Assembly (NCBI GenBank): GCA_965153355.1
Contig: OZ231126.1
Location: 9,734,001 to 9,798,000 of the forward strand
Direction of reading: 5' to 3'
DNA from: Flaccisagitta enflata
Taxonomy: Eukaryota
DNA length: 64,000 bases
Positions 50,730 to 63,570 of the stretch are shown one piece after another; positions within the stretch are counted from its first letter, which is position 1, and every line of letters starts with the position of its first letter. The notes below the pieces were generated by a model that had not been told where the DNA came from, did no database searches, and was given only the letters and a program-made list of their open reading frames with translations. A program made the position numbers and the translations under genes.

Positions 50730-52877
50730 ATGAATTCGGGACACAACCCCTCAGTCTCATTTACCTATGAACAGGCCTTACTTCACAATGAACAGTTAGC
50801 ACAAACATTGCTAAAGTATGTAGAGACTTCATTGGAAGGGCTCGAATCAAATTACTTCAAAGCCAAAAGACTCGATGATACACAGGCAAAAGTATCAACA
50901 AATAATTGCCGAAACATTTTGGAATCGAATTGTGCATATTTGAACCAGTTTCACTCTGAAGGGGTTTTTAGTGCTCAGACAAGCCAAAATATACAAAATG
51001 CAATCTCCACTATTCAAAGTGCCCTGTCCATTTACTCTGCCTTTCCGGAGTCAGAGACTATCCCTGACACTCGAAAAACTGAAGTTGAACTTGAACCTGT
51101 TTACGCTCAATGTGAACGAGACTCTGCCCAGAGAGATTCTCGGGCTAGAACATCAACTCCCCTCCCAACTAGTACCAATACATCAAACGAAACCCCACAT
51201 CATAGCCGCTCAGATCCGTGTGACAGTGGCAAAGCCCGAAGGAAACTTCGAGCCAAAAGCAAAACTTCTTGCCGCGCCATGGTCGGTACCCCCAAGGCTA
51301 ATGAAGCCAGACGTGAACAAATTAGAAACTTAGAGGCAAAGAGACTTGAATGGCGGCAAAAGGCTGAATTGGAAAGGCATGAATTTGAAAGCCGGTTTAA
51401 GGCTGATGACATTAATGAGGGTAGGGAAACCTACCCGAATGAAAAAAATCCTGAAGAAATTGTTGATGAATCTGGACCAAGAACCCCATTGACTATTGAA
51501 CCCCTTGCCCCTCTTTTGTCTTTAACCCAAGAGGGAAATGACCTCTTGTCAACAAACAAGGATGACCATGAACTGAAAACCGACTTCTTTGATGAGCCAG
51601 ATGCATCACTGACCTCGAATGAACCAGAATCTAATCCTGCCAATTTGAGCATCAAATCAAGCCAACTTCCCTTGACACTTGAACCTTCTTCTGTAGACCC
51701 TGACTCAGACCAGACGCTGACACCATCCCTTGATGTCAAGAATCCACCTCTTTATGTTGGGAGTCCACCCCTGGATGTCAAGAATCCACCCCTTGATGTA
51801 AAAAATCCACCCCTTGATGTTGAGAATCCACCTCTTGATGTCGATTATCCACCCCTTGATGTTGAGAACTCACCCCTTGGTGTTGAGAATCCACCCCCTT
51901 CTGTTGTTGGAGGAACTGATCGGACCCCCTTGGAAAATTCTCAAGTTGTGAATGGTCACACATTCACCTACAAAGAAAGATCATCTGAGTGTGATGCACA
52001 TTTGGACAAACTTGACACGCCAGAATCTGAGACGGTGGGGGTAGGAACTCACCAGATCTTGACAAAACCTTTGAAGCTTCCAGATCCCGACGTTGCGTGC
52101 AGAACCATGGGGAAAACCCATGGCGCAACCCTTCCAAGCAGTATTTTTCTGCTGAAACATGACATGGCCACTCTGACCCAAGGGTTAGAGCACCCTGAGG
52201 ACACTCGCAAGAGAGAGCCACCTGACTCTGGATCTGAACAAATCTTTGAAGGTCCACATCCTTCCGTTGATCATACATTGGAGGACACTGGAAGACCACC
52301 ACCTTTGAAATGGAAATCCATTTCAGGCATGAATACCAAAGATGGAACTCGTCACCACCGATGTGTGGAACTCGTCACCACAGATGCGCAGAACTCGTTG
52401 CCACAGATGCGCGGAACTCGTTGCCACGGACGCACGGAACTCATCGCCACGGACGCACGGAACTCATTGCCACGGACGCCCGGAACTCATCGCCACGGAC
52501 GCCCGGAACTCATCGCCAGGGACGCCGCGGATTTGCCAGACTCGGATGCCGCGGATTTGCCAGACTCGGACGCTGCGGATTCGCCAGACTCGGACGCTGC
52601 GGATTTGCCAGACTCGGACGCTGCGGATTTGCCAGACTTGCCAGACTCGGCTGCGGATTTGCCAGACTCGGACGCTGCGGATTCGCCGGACTTGGACGCT
52701 GCGGCTTTGCAAGACTTGGACGCTCCGGATTTGCAAAACTCGGACGCTGCAGATTCGCCGGACTCGGACCCTGCAGATTCGCCGGACTTGGACCCTGCAG
52801 ATTCGCCGGACTTGGACCCTGCAGATTCGCCGGACTCGGATGCTGCGGAATCGCCGGACTCGGACCCTGCGGATTAG
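50730..52877 (+). CDS. Unknown protein of the LTR element, about 715 aa: helical/coiled-coil N-terminus, then PPLDV(K/E)N and DSDAAD(L/S)P repeats
   Basis: Uninterrupted ORF (first ATG 50730) ending about 70 nt before the 3' LTR; no CCHC knuckle, protease or RT motif recognised. Confidence 0.65.
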   Translation: MNSGHNPSVSFTYEQALLHNEQLAQTLLKYVETSLEGLESNYFKAKRLDDTQAKVSTNNCRNILESNCAYLNQFHSEGVFSAQTSQNIQNAISTIQSALSIYSAFPESETIPDTRKTEVELEPVYAQCERDSAQRDSRARTSTPLPTSTNTSNETPHHSRSDPCDSGKARRKLRAKSKTSCRAMVGTPKANEARREQIRNLEAKRLEWRQKAELERHEFESRFKADDINEGRETYPNEKNPEEIVDESGPRTPLTIEPLAPLLSLTQEGNDLLSTNKDDHELKTDFFDEPDASLTSNEPESNPANLSIKSSQLPLTLEPSSVDPDSDQTLTPSLDVKNPPLYVGSPPLDVKNPPLDVKNPPLDVENPPLDVDYPPLDVENSPLGVENPPPSVVGGTDRTPLENSQVVNGHTFTYKERSSECDAHLDKLDTPESETVGVGTHQILTKPLKLPDPDVACRTMGKTHGATLPSSIFLLKHDMATLTQGLEHPEDTRKREPPDSGSEQIFEGPHPSVDHTLEDTGRPPPLKWKSISGMNTKDGTRHHRCVELVTTDAQNSLPQMRGTRCHGRTELIATDARNSLPRTPGTHRHGRPELIARDAADLPDSDAADLPDSDAADSPDSDAADLPDSDAADLPDLPDSAADLPDSDAADSPDLDAAALQDLDAPDLQNSDAADSPDSDPADSPDLDPADSPDLDPADSPDSDAAESPDSDPAD

Positions 52878-53728
52878 CCGGACTCAGACACCTGAACCAG
52901 GGAGTCGACGCTTGGAAGTTTGGACCAGACTACGCCTGTTCGGTGGGGGTGTTAGTCGCGTCGACGCATATCGTAAGACTTCGTTGCTTAGTTACCCGAG
53001 TGTAAACAAATAGACAATAGAAACATCGACTACCGAAGACACGACGAAGCAACAGAGAAGATATCAACTAGACTCAGAAACTAAATTGCGTCTATACGAT
53101 CGTGTAACCATCTTGACCGATTAAACCCGTTCATAAAGTTATCACGCCGTATTGAAGACGTAGGGCCGTAGGCATTAGGGCGATACTAGGGCATTAGGGG
53201 ACCTGAAGAAGTCTGCGGGGACTCTAAACCTGACACAAATATCTCTACAAATATCTCTACAAATATCTCTACAAATATCTCTACAAATATCTCTACAAAT
53301 ATCTCTACAAATATCTCTACAAATATCTCTACAAATATCTCTACAAATATCTCTACAAATATCTCTACAAATATCTCTACAAATATCTCTACAAATATCT
53401 CTACAAATATCTCTACAAATATCTCTACAAATATCTCTACAAATATCTCTACAAATACCTCTACAAATATCTCTACAAATATCTCTACAAATATCTCTAC
53501 AAATACCTCTACAAATACCTCTACAAATATCTCTACAAATATCTCTACAAATATCTCAACAGATATCTCTACAAATTTCAATACAAATATCTCTACAAAT
53601 ATCTCTACAAATTTCAATACAAATATCTCTACAAATATCCCTACAAATATCTCTACAAACCCAGGTAATCTGTGAAACAGATCCGTCCATATCGGACTGA
53701 CTGATCAACTTTCTAACCCAATGCAGTA

Positions 53729-54966
53729 CCGTCACACGGGGCTAATCGGGACACTTTTTTGAAATTCTTCTCTGTATCTTTGGTGTGCCCAGAGTTACGT
53801 ATCTGCAACTTACCCTTTCAGTAACCACTGATGAAGGGCTTTTTGCACACCACTAAACAAAATCCAAAATTAACCCCTTGGGGGAGTTTTGATTACAGAA
53901 AGGTGCTGTCCCTATTAGCCCCGTAGTGGGGCTGATAGGGACAGATATTCTTCTTTAGTTATACATCGCACAAAGGTTATATAATTGATGACTTTTTTAT
54001 GGAATGCTGTTAATAGAGTCTATCTAGGGACAATAGTACCAAAATTGCAGTGATAATCATATCGGATTCAGATTTTTCAGTATTTGTTTATTTTGTCTCT
54101 ATTAGCCCCAAAAACACAAAAACAAGGTCATTAGACCTAAGTCGCGTGCGTCGGCACTTTCAAAAAAGTCAGACAGACAGACAGACAAACAATTTTTTTT
54201 CAGAAAGACATTTGAAACGGCAGTTTACTGCACAAAGTTCCTTCTCTACCACTCAGAGGCATGAAAACGCTTTAAAAAGCCTTTAAAACAGTTTTGTGAC
54301 CGACGGACCGACCGACGGACCGACCGACCGACGGACCGACCGACCGACCGAAAAGTGGCTTATAGAGTCGCGTAGCACGCGACTAAAAAGCGGGGCTAAT
54401 GGGGACAGAACATATAAATATTAAAAATATCTAAACCCGGTCTGATCATTAATGTAATTCTGGTACTATTGTCATTAAATAGACTCTTTCAACAGTATTG
54501 CATGAAAAATTATTGATCATATGACCCTTAGCATAGTTTTACATAGTGTCCCGATTAGCCCCGTGTTTTTCAAAAATATTGATTATTTACATAATTTGAG
54601 TTTGTAAACAAACAAGTTCTTTCAAAAAATCCTCATGCATGGACCTTGGAGTTACTAACTACTTTAAGTTGAAGATACCAAGAGATCACACTGATCATTT
54701 CTTCCAGTGATGAGTAAGAGCGACAATTTTTAGGCTACGTCGATTTTTGATTTTTTCCATATTGTTTGCATTTCAACTTTAAAGTGATTTAAAACGGTTA
54801 TAAAACAACATAAACTGCTGTATGTCACCTTGAATTAACTAAATATTGGACAAATGATGATAGAAACAAAAAAAAGTTGACCGGGTTTGAATTAATACAT
54901 TGAGAACCATTTTTTAGTTTGCTGTCCCGATTAGCCCCTGCTGTCCCTATTAGCCCCGTGTGACGG
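53729..54966. mobile_element. Non-autonomous TIR transposon with TA target duplication, containing a nested short repeat (about 54110-54390)
   Basis: TA|CCGTCACACGGGGCTAATCGGGACA ... TGTCCCTATTAGCCCCGTGTGACGG|TA; internal copies of the GGGGCTAAT.GGGACA motif. Confidence 0.85.
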
Positions 54967-56125
54967 TACTTATGGTTTTAACTTAGTTGACTTTCCTCTA
55001 AACATTCTGGTTGACTTCCATATCAGCTTGGAAATACTTTCTGGTTGACTTATTTGGTTGACTTCTTTTATACTTTCAAGTTGACTTTCATATCAGCCAG
55101 GAGACACTTTCGGTTGACTTGTTTGGTTGACTTTCCTCTTAACATTCTGGTTGACTTCCATATCAGCTTGGAAATACCTTCTGGTTGACTTATTTGGTTG
55201 ACTTCTTTTGTGCATTCAAGTTGACTTTCATATCAGCCAGGAGACACTTTCGGTTGACTTATTTGGTTGACTTCTTTTATACATTCAAGTTGACTTTCAT
55301 ATCAGCCAGGAGACACTTTCGGTTGACTTGTTTGGTTGACTTTCATTTATACATTCTTGTTGACTGTCATATCAGAGTTTTGGTTGACTCCTTGGCTGAC
55401 TTTGTTCCCTACATTTTGGTTGACTCTCGTATCAGCCAGGAAATACTTTCCAGTTGACATATTAGATTCACTTCTTTGGTTGACTTTCTCCTATACAATC
55501 TGGTTGACTTATTTTATCAACTTGTTTGGTTGACGTTTTGGTTGACTATAAACTGGCTGACTCTCTTACACAATCTGGTTGACTTACGTATCAGCCAGGA
55601 GATACTTTCTAGCTTTTTAAGAGATTAAGTCCAGCGTGAGATATTCATCAATTTGTTCCCCCTACATAAATAAGCTAATATCTCATAAACCAGACTTCAG
55701 ATTTAATTCGAATTTTGCAGGGGTTGTTTATTTAGTACCCTATACTTGTATACCAAATTAAAAAAAAATTCATAAACTTTTACTACCCTCTACCTATGTA
55801 AACCACCAAAGTCCCAACTAAATATTACTACAAAAATAATAGGCAAAGGGTAGTAAAAGTTTATTAATTTTTCTGAAAATTGGTACACATGCTCCCATTG
55901 ACATAAAAATACCACTGGTAAAGTTTCATGAACTTCTGAAGTCTGGTTCAAAAGATATGAGAAGGTTTTAAACGAACAAACAACAGACAACGCATCACTG
56001 CTATCACATAGTCACCGACGAAAACTGTTCGTCGGGGACAAAAACATTCAATCTCTCTGAAAATGGTTTCATTACTCAGAGCAAAAATCTCAATGTAACA
56101 ATTTTGCCATTATTCAGTTGAGGTA

Positions 56126-58119
56126 CAGTGGGGTTCATGGAATAACAGCTTAAAATGGAGGAAGGTATTCAAGTACCTTAATTTCATTTGACAAATTTGA
56201 TATTTGAAATACAAGTTCTTCAATTGATGCTTTTGTTCCTGAGTTTTTCGGTTGCTGTAGAAACCAAATATTTCTTTCAAACCTCTACAGGGAATACCCC
56301 GCAAAGTGCCACCAAAGAAAACATCATATTTCAGCCTCTAGAAGAGATAATGAAATTCTGAATAAAGTTTTAAAAAGCTTTTTTAAACCGATTTTATGAG
56401 AAACAAAAAAAATAAACAACTTCAAAACTGTGTCTGTACTGTAGCATTGAAAAATTTTAAAAATGGCGAGGCACACATTTTCCTTTTTGGGGGTTTTGGA
56501 GTGGGTTTACTGATTTTGATAGAATTTCTCAACCTATTGAGCAAAAACTCCAGGGCTGGGCTTTAATGAAAGATATTTTGAAGTAGATTATGAATGCATA
56601 AAATAATCAGGCTGTAAATTTATGTATGATCAGCAATTTGCCTACCAGAGGCCAAAAACGACACTTTTGCTCTAGAAATCTCTATGAAAAATGTATAAAA
56701 TTGATAGAGATTTGATGGGAAACTCACAAAACTTTTCAGATACTAACTTTTTAAAAAGATAACTTCAATTAGAGACCGTTTCCAGTAGTATGGCACAATT
56801 TGTTGATAAATGGTAGAAAAAAAAATGAGTATTTTTTACTAATTTTTTGAGAAAAACTGATTTTTCTCAAAAATTGAGCATAATTCACTCATTCTGGGTC
56901 GGTTATTTTTTCAAAACCCAATTTGTTAGTTTAATACAGACAAAATCGGTTTGAAAGATCTTTCAGGAACTTTTTTCAGAATCAGATTATCATTTCTTGA
57001 AGCAGAAATATGACGTTTTCTTTGTTGGCACTTTGCGGGGTATTCCCTGTATAACTACTAGAATATCAATATTTTGACAAATATTATCAGGGAACATTGC
57101 TCAGATTTAAATTTGCCACAACTTTCCCACAGTATGACGCACTGAAAATTACCATAGAATTAGCTACCCAAGCCAGATGAATCATGATTTTCATAACATT
57201 AAATATGATGAAATTTTTTACTTGGGTGTCATTAATTAACATGTTAATAGGTATATTTTGCATAAAAAAACATTAACAAGTCAGTTCAAGTTTTGATTCA
57301 TGTATTCTATGGTCGAAAAACTAGACAAAGTGCAATGAAAATCCCACTTTGTTATTGTACCATGACCCACACAGAATTCCAAATTTGCATAGAAAACCTA
57401 AATCTCAACAAAATAGGAACATAGCGCGATCCCTAACTCAGTTACTGAGCGCGCTATGTTCTTGTTTCACGGAAATTTTGATTTTCTATGCAAATTTGGA
57501 ATTCTGTGTGAGCTCAAAATAAATCGATGTCAATAATTTCTTCACTTTTTCTCAACTTCATGGTCGAATTTCCTTCATTTCTTTTTCCCATTCTATTGTT
57601 TGGCAATAACAGATCATTTTTTTTACATAATTTAACATACAACAGTTTGGAAAAAAATAAAGCAGACATTGATAACATAGAAATGCTAATGCGATTGATT
57701 TGTTTGTCCAACGGGCAAATTTCTCTATCTTTAATTTCAGTGCGTCGTATGTTCTGTAAGAATATTGCTCGTTTGGCCGTTGCTAGGGGGCATCACACCT
57801 AGCAACCGCTAAATGATGCTCCCTAGCAACGGCCGAACGAGCAATATTCTTACAGAATATTCTTACAGAACATACTGTGGGGAAAGTTGCAGTATATTTA
57901 ATTCTGAGCAATGTTCCCTAATAAAATTTGTCAAAATATTAATATTCTAGTAATCATGAATGTTCGAAAAAAGAATTTTAGTTTCCATAGCAACCAAAAA
58001 ACTCAGGGACAAAAGCATTGATTGAACAACTTATATTTTAAAGATCATGTTTGTCAAATGAAATTAAGACACTTAAATACCTTCCTCCAGTTTAGGCTGT
58101 TATTCCACGAACCCCACTG
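56126..58119. mobile_element. Tc1/mariner-type non-autonomous element with long (~240 bp) TIRs
   Basis: TA|CAGTGGGGTTCATGGAATAACAGC ... GCTGTTATTCCACGAACCCCACTG|TA; arm homology resumes at 57057-57135 versus 57871-57953. Confidence 0.85.
56288..57049. mobile_element. TA-flanked MITE nested in the left arm of the 56126 element
   Basis: TA|CAGGGAATACCCCGCAAAGTGCCACCAAAGAAAAC ... GTTTTCTTTGTTGGCACTTTGCGGGGTATTCCCTG|TA. Confidence 0.85.
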
Positions 58120-59072
58120 TACCTGTTTTGTTTTGCTTGTCATTTCTAAACCGCTTGAGCTAGACAAATGCGGTCTGCCATATCAAGTCAGAAATTTGAA
58201 GAAGTTTTAAAATCTCACTGATTTCCATATACACTTGTTATTATAAACAGAGTTATGGCCAGGGGCGTATTTGAAGGGGCGTCAGGGTCAGGGTCAGGGT
58301 CTCATAAATGTTTCTAGCTGTAATACAATGCGGTTTTATGGGATTGATCTACAGAGCCTATTCATCCCCTTGGCCATTCATTTAGTTGTCTGGGTTGATG
58401 CCCTCGACCTTCTTCATCAGCCAAATTGATCTGAATCATTTTTCTTTTCCAAGTTTTCACCAAAAAATCGAAATTCTCTTTAAAAATGTCGGATGGAAAA
58501 CGAATCTGCTTCCACCCAAGAGGCGAGTACAAAGCTCAAAATGTGACAAAATTCTTGATAATAACTATTCCTCAGGTCATATGACAAAACATCATCCTTT
58601 GGCTTGTTAATGCTTTAGATAGTAAACATTTTACACTGTAGTAAAGCAAGACTTCCTTTAATATAATAACACAACAGTTACATTTAAAAGTAATACTATC
58701 TAAAAAACAGAAATGTTCTCGCATGTTTTGATGCATAGATTCTAAACAATTCAACTAATTTTGAAAAAAATCAGTGACCAAACTGTAGCCCTTCAAATTT
58801 CCAAGCGATCTGTGCAAACTGCGTGTCTCTATCTCAATGGGCTTGAAAGTTATTTCACTTTGAATGAAATTGTTCCTTTCTAAAGTTTCTTAAAACATGT
58901 TCCGCGGAATATAAACTTAAGAATTGAAAGCAAGAAAAACGTACTTCTGGTTGGCCGATCATGATGAAATTTTTACTGTAGTAGGACAAAGGTTTGGAAA
59001 CTCTTTGGTTCAAATTTCAGCACACTAGGCCGACTAGAAGTATGCATTTCATATTTTCTTTATGTGTGTGCT

Positions 59073-59422
59073 TTACGTCTATTTAAGCGCCCCAAGCTTC
59101 AACTATGGGACTCACCAATCTTACCACAGTGGAGGCTTGGTAAAAAAATATTCCATGCAAAATTTTGGGCCTCTGAGATAGCAGGAACCTTCGTTAGGGT
59201 GAGGTTGAAGTTTGTATTGAATAAGCATCGAAATCAATATTTCTATTATGCAAATTTTGTCTCTGCCATAGAATTCTATGGAAATTTCATTGTCACCCTA
59301 ACGAAGGTTCCTACTATGTCATAGGCCGAAAATTTTGCATGGAATATTTTTTTACCGAGCCTCAACTGTGGTAGGATCGGTGAGAGCCATAGTCGAAGTT
59401 TAGGGCGCTTTAAGTGACGTAG
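59073..59422. mobile_element. Nearly fully palindromic foldback MITE
   Basis: Arms of about 135 bp (TACGTC..AAGCGCCC..CCACAGT..TTCCATGCAAAATTT..AGGAACCTTCGTTAGGGTGA) mirrored on the right. Confidence 0.75.
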
Positions 59423-60152
59423 TGTGCTTTCCGCCTAAATTTGTCACAGCTGTCTGAAGGCCTGGTATGTCATCACTACAAAGTGCCTCTAGAAGCTTTA
59501 CAAATCGCTTCCCTGACAATGGGCAACCATAATTTAGCTAGAAGGAGCACACTCAAATATCGGTCAGTGGCTACCCGCTTTTATCCTTCCATTGGTTTGT
59601 TAAGGCAGCTTTCACAATAAACAAACCAAGCTGAAATCCATGATATGGTGGGCGATGAAGCATAGTTTCTTCCCACCAATCATTTCATCGATGATGAAAG
59701 CTGTTCCTAGACATCACATATTGTCCAACATACATCCTTCATACTCAAGATTTTGACAGGTTAGGTGGCTCAAATCAGTGCCAAAACAGCTCGTTTTTTT
59801 CAGTCACACATGTGTCACACTTCATATCGTCAGTATAAAAGACATGAAAAAATCGTCAGACACCCCCTTGCTTCGGTCATTTTTTTACATTTGTAATCAC
59901 TAAAGAAGCACCAAAAATTTGGTAACGATCGGCCGTCGTTTACTATGGAAAAATTTCACTCATAGTAAATTAGTCCGAAATGACAATTTGCCCGTTTTCA
60001 CACATAGCAGTATGCTATACCAAATTAATCATACTTCAAGGGCTGAATAAAAAAATGTTTTACCCCCATTTAGTAAAGACATGAAACAGTTTTCATGCCA
60101 AATTTCAGACCTTCATGTCAATTCTAGCCAGAGATATAAAAATAATGAACTA

Positions 60153-60374
60153 GTGACCGATTTTGTTAACACCCTGTTACGATCGCGTTACGCTGTGTAT
60201 CATAGTGGCTATCATAGTTTTCTTCTTCTCCCGGTGAAATTTTTTTAACATGATGTGAAAGGGCATCGAATTTTATGTCAGTAACCAAAATTTCAAGGCT
60301 TGCGCTTCAGCCGTTATAGAGAAATAAAAATCTTTATGCGTGGTATCAGTTATGGTGTTAACAAAATCGGTCAC
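60153..60374. mobile_element. Small MITE
   Basis: GTGACCGATTTTGTTAACACC ... GGTGTTAACAAAATCGGTCAC perfect 21-bp inverted termini. Confidence 0.7.
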
Positions 60375-60398
60375 CTTCTTTTCAGATCCTCAGTAAAT

Positions 60399-61908
<1,510 letters not shown>

Positions 61909-62008
61909 GTGCGCCAGCCGATGCGATTCTATTGGCCCTGTTTGAAGAGAAGATGGAAAAAGAAGAAGTGGAAAAAGAAAAAGAAAGAAGAGGAAGAAGA
62001 AAAAGAAA

Positions 62009-62039
<31 letters not shown>

Positions 62040-62123
62040 AGAAGAAGAATTCGAAGACAATAACGATGACAAAGACGACATTGATAACAATGTCAAAACT
62101 AATATGATGATGACGACGACGAC

Positions 62124-62155
<32 letters not shown>

Positions 62156-63184
62156 CGTCGATGATGAGGATGGTGATGAAAAAGACGACATTGATAACTA
62201 TTACAAAACTAATAAGACGATGACGACGATGATGACAACGACAACAACAACAACAACAACAACAACGCATCAACAAGAAAAAGAAACGAAAACGAAGTGG
62301 CTCACAAACCAAGTCGGACACTTTCTTTTCAGATCCTCGGTAAAGTGAGAAATAGGGCAGTATGTGGTCAGCGATACCCGTTGCCCTGTTTTGCATGATT
62401 GGGAATTGGAGTGAGAGGAAGCAGGGCAGCAGCCCCGAAGGGACCAAGTCCACAGGGGGACTTTTGTACCTCCATCCCTCAATCCGTCCCTCCCAGGCCC
62501 TCACAAGCCTGTAATCAGTGCTCACAGGTCTGAAATCTACCTTCTCAGGCCTGAAATCTGCCCTCACAGGCCTTGAATCTGAGAGGGCAGATTTAAGGCC
62601 TGAGTGGATAGATTTCAGACCTGAGAGAGCAGATTTCATGTCTGAAAGGGCAGATTCAAGGCCTGAGAGGGCAGATTTCAGGCCTGAGAGGTAAGATTTC
62701 AGGCCTTCGAGGGCGGATTTCAGGCCTGTGAGCGCCTGGGGGGACTGAAGAATGTACAGACAAACGAAAGTCCCCCTGTATTCTACAGGACTTAGTCCCC
62801 TTCAGGGCCGCTGCCCAAAAAGCGTGCAAGCCGATGCGATTCTATCGACCTAAACCCTAGGTATGAAGAGAAGGGAGAAGAGGAAGTAAAAGAATAAGAC
62901 CGGATACACGGCTACCCCAGTCGCGTGCGGGTGGGCAGGGGCAATGTTTTAGGTCACTTGATCATTTAGGCAGGAGCTGTGAGGCCAAAGACCACAAAAA
63001 CCCAAAAAAGTATAGTGTGAGGGACGGACCAACCAATGGACCGACCGAAAGTCCGACAGACCAACAAAGCGGGGTGAAGAATAGCGTAGCACACGACTAA
63101 AAAGAAAGAGAAGAAGAAGAAGAAGAAGAAGAAGAAGAAGAAGAATAAGAAGATGAAGAAGACGAAGAAGAAGAAGAAGAAGAA

Positions 63185-63216
<32 letters not shown>

Positions 63217-63376
63217 AGAAAAATATGAAGATGGTGACTATGAAGACAAATGCGAAGATGATATTGATGACAAAGATGACGATGATTACAATAATGATGA
63301 TAACTTAGACAATGATGACGACGATGATGATGACAATAAATAAGTCAAGAAAAAGAGGTTGGTAGGTTGTGCATGT

Positions 63377-63570
63377 TTTTTAGTCGCGTGCACGCAACTC
63401 TACAACCCGCTTTGTCCGTCGGTCGGTCGGTTGGTTGGTCAGTCACCCTTTACTTTTTTTATGATTTTATTTCTTTGACCTCACTGCTCCTGCCCAAATG
63501 GTCTGGTGACCTCAAATAGGCCCCTGCCCAACCGCACGCGACTTTGGTAGCTGTTATCCAGCCTTGTTTT
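63377..63570 (+). mobile_element. Short interspersed element family (TTTTAGTCGCGTGCACGCGACT...(GGTC)n...CCGGCCTTGTTT), DINE/HINE-like
   Basis: Terminal palindrome AGTCGCGTGCACGC(G/A)ACT, GTCC/GGTC microsatellite and T-rich flanks; relatives at 1-270, 2090-2150, 22675-22890, 54120-54390 and 62895-63103. Confidence 0.65.

Larger units (their letters stand above)
49179..53235 (+). mobile_element. Non-autonomous LTR retroelement, 4057 bp, recent insertion
   Basis: 286-bp direct repeats TGTTAG...CCTGACA at 49179-49464 and 52950-53235 with 4 mismatches seen; CAAAT on both flanks (49174-49178, 53236-53240); purine tract GGTGGGGG directly before the 3' LTR; no RT, RNase H or integrase motifs recognised. 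Confidence 0.93.
48398..53660. repeat. 12-bp satellite TTTGTAGAGA(C/T)A that inverts near 49057 and is interrupted by the LTR element
   Basis: Plus orientation 48398-49055; reverse orientation (ATCTCTACAAAT) at 49060-49178 and 53236-53660. Confidence 0.95.
39995..55661. mobile_element. Giant foldback-like DNA element with short TIRs and inverted GTCAACC/GGTTGAC satellite arms
   Basis: Left GACAAATTGAGAAATATCTCAC; the right end reverse-complements to GGGGAACAAATTGATGAATATCTCAC; CTA on both flanks; the host sequence rejoins when it is removed. Confidence 0.6.
37822..56044 (+). mobile_element. Hairpin-terminated non-autonomous element, copy A (Helentron/DINE-like), split by a 15.7-kb insertion
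   Basis: 5' palindrome AAGCTTCAAAATTACAGTCCCC-GACT-GGGGACTGTAATTTTTGAAGCTT; ~165-bp units break at 39994 and resume at 55662; 3' hairpin CCGACGAAAACTGTTCGTCGGGGACAAAAA; collinear with copy B. Confidence 0.7.

Noticed and set aside
52310-53013. Overlapping 231- and 223-aa ORFs in the LTR element
   Set aside because: Alternative frames of GC-rich 23- and 24-bp repeats with no protein motif.
48398-53660. CRISPR-like regular repeats (also at 23110-24330, 38265-39540 and 60627-60890)
   Set aside because: Tandem units without unique spacers, no cas genes, and eukaryotic context.
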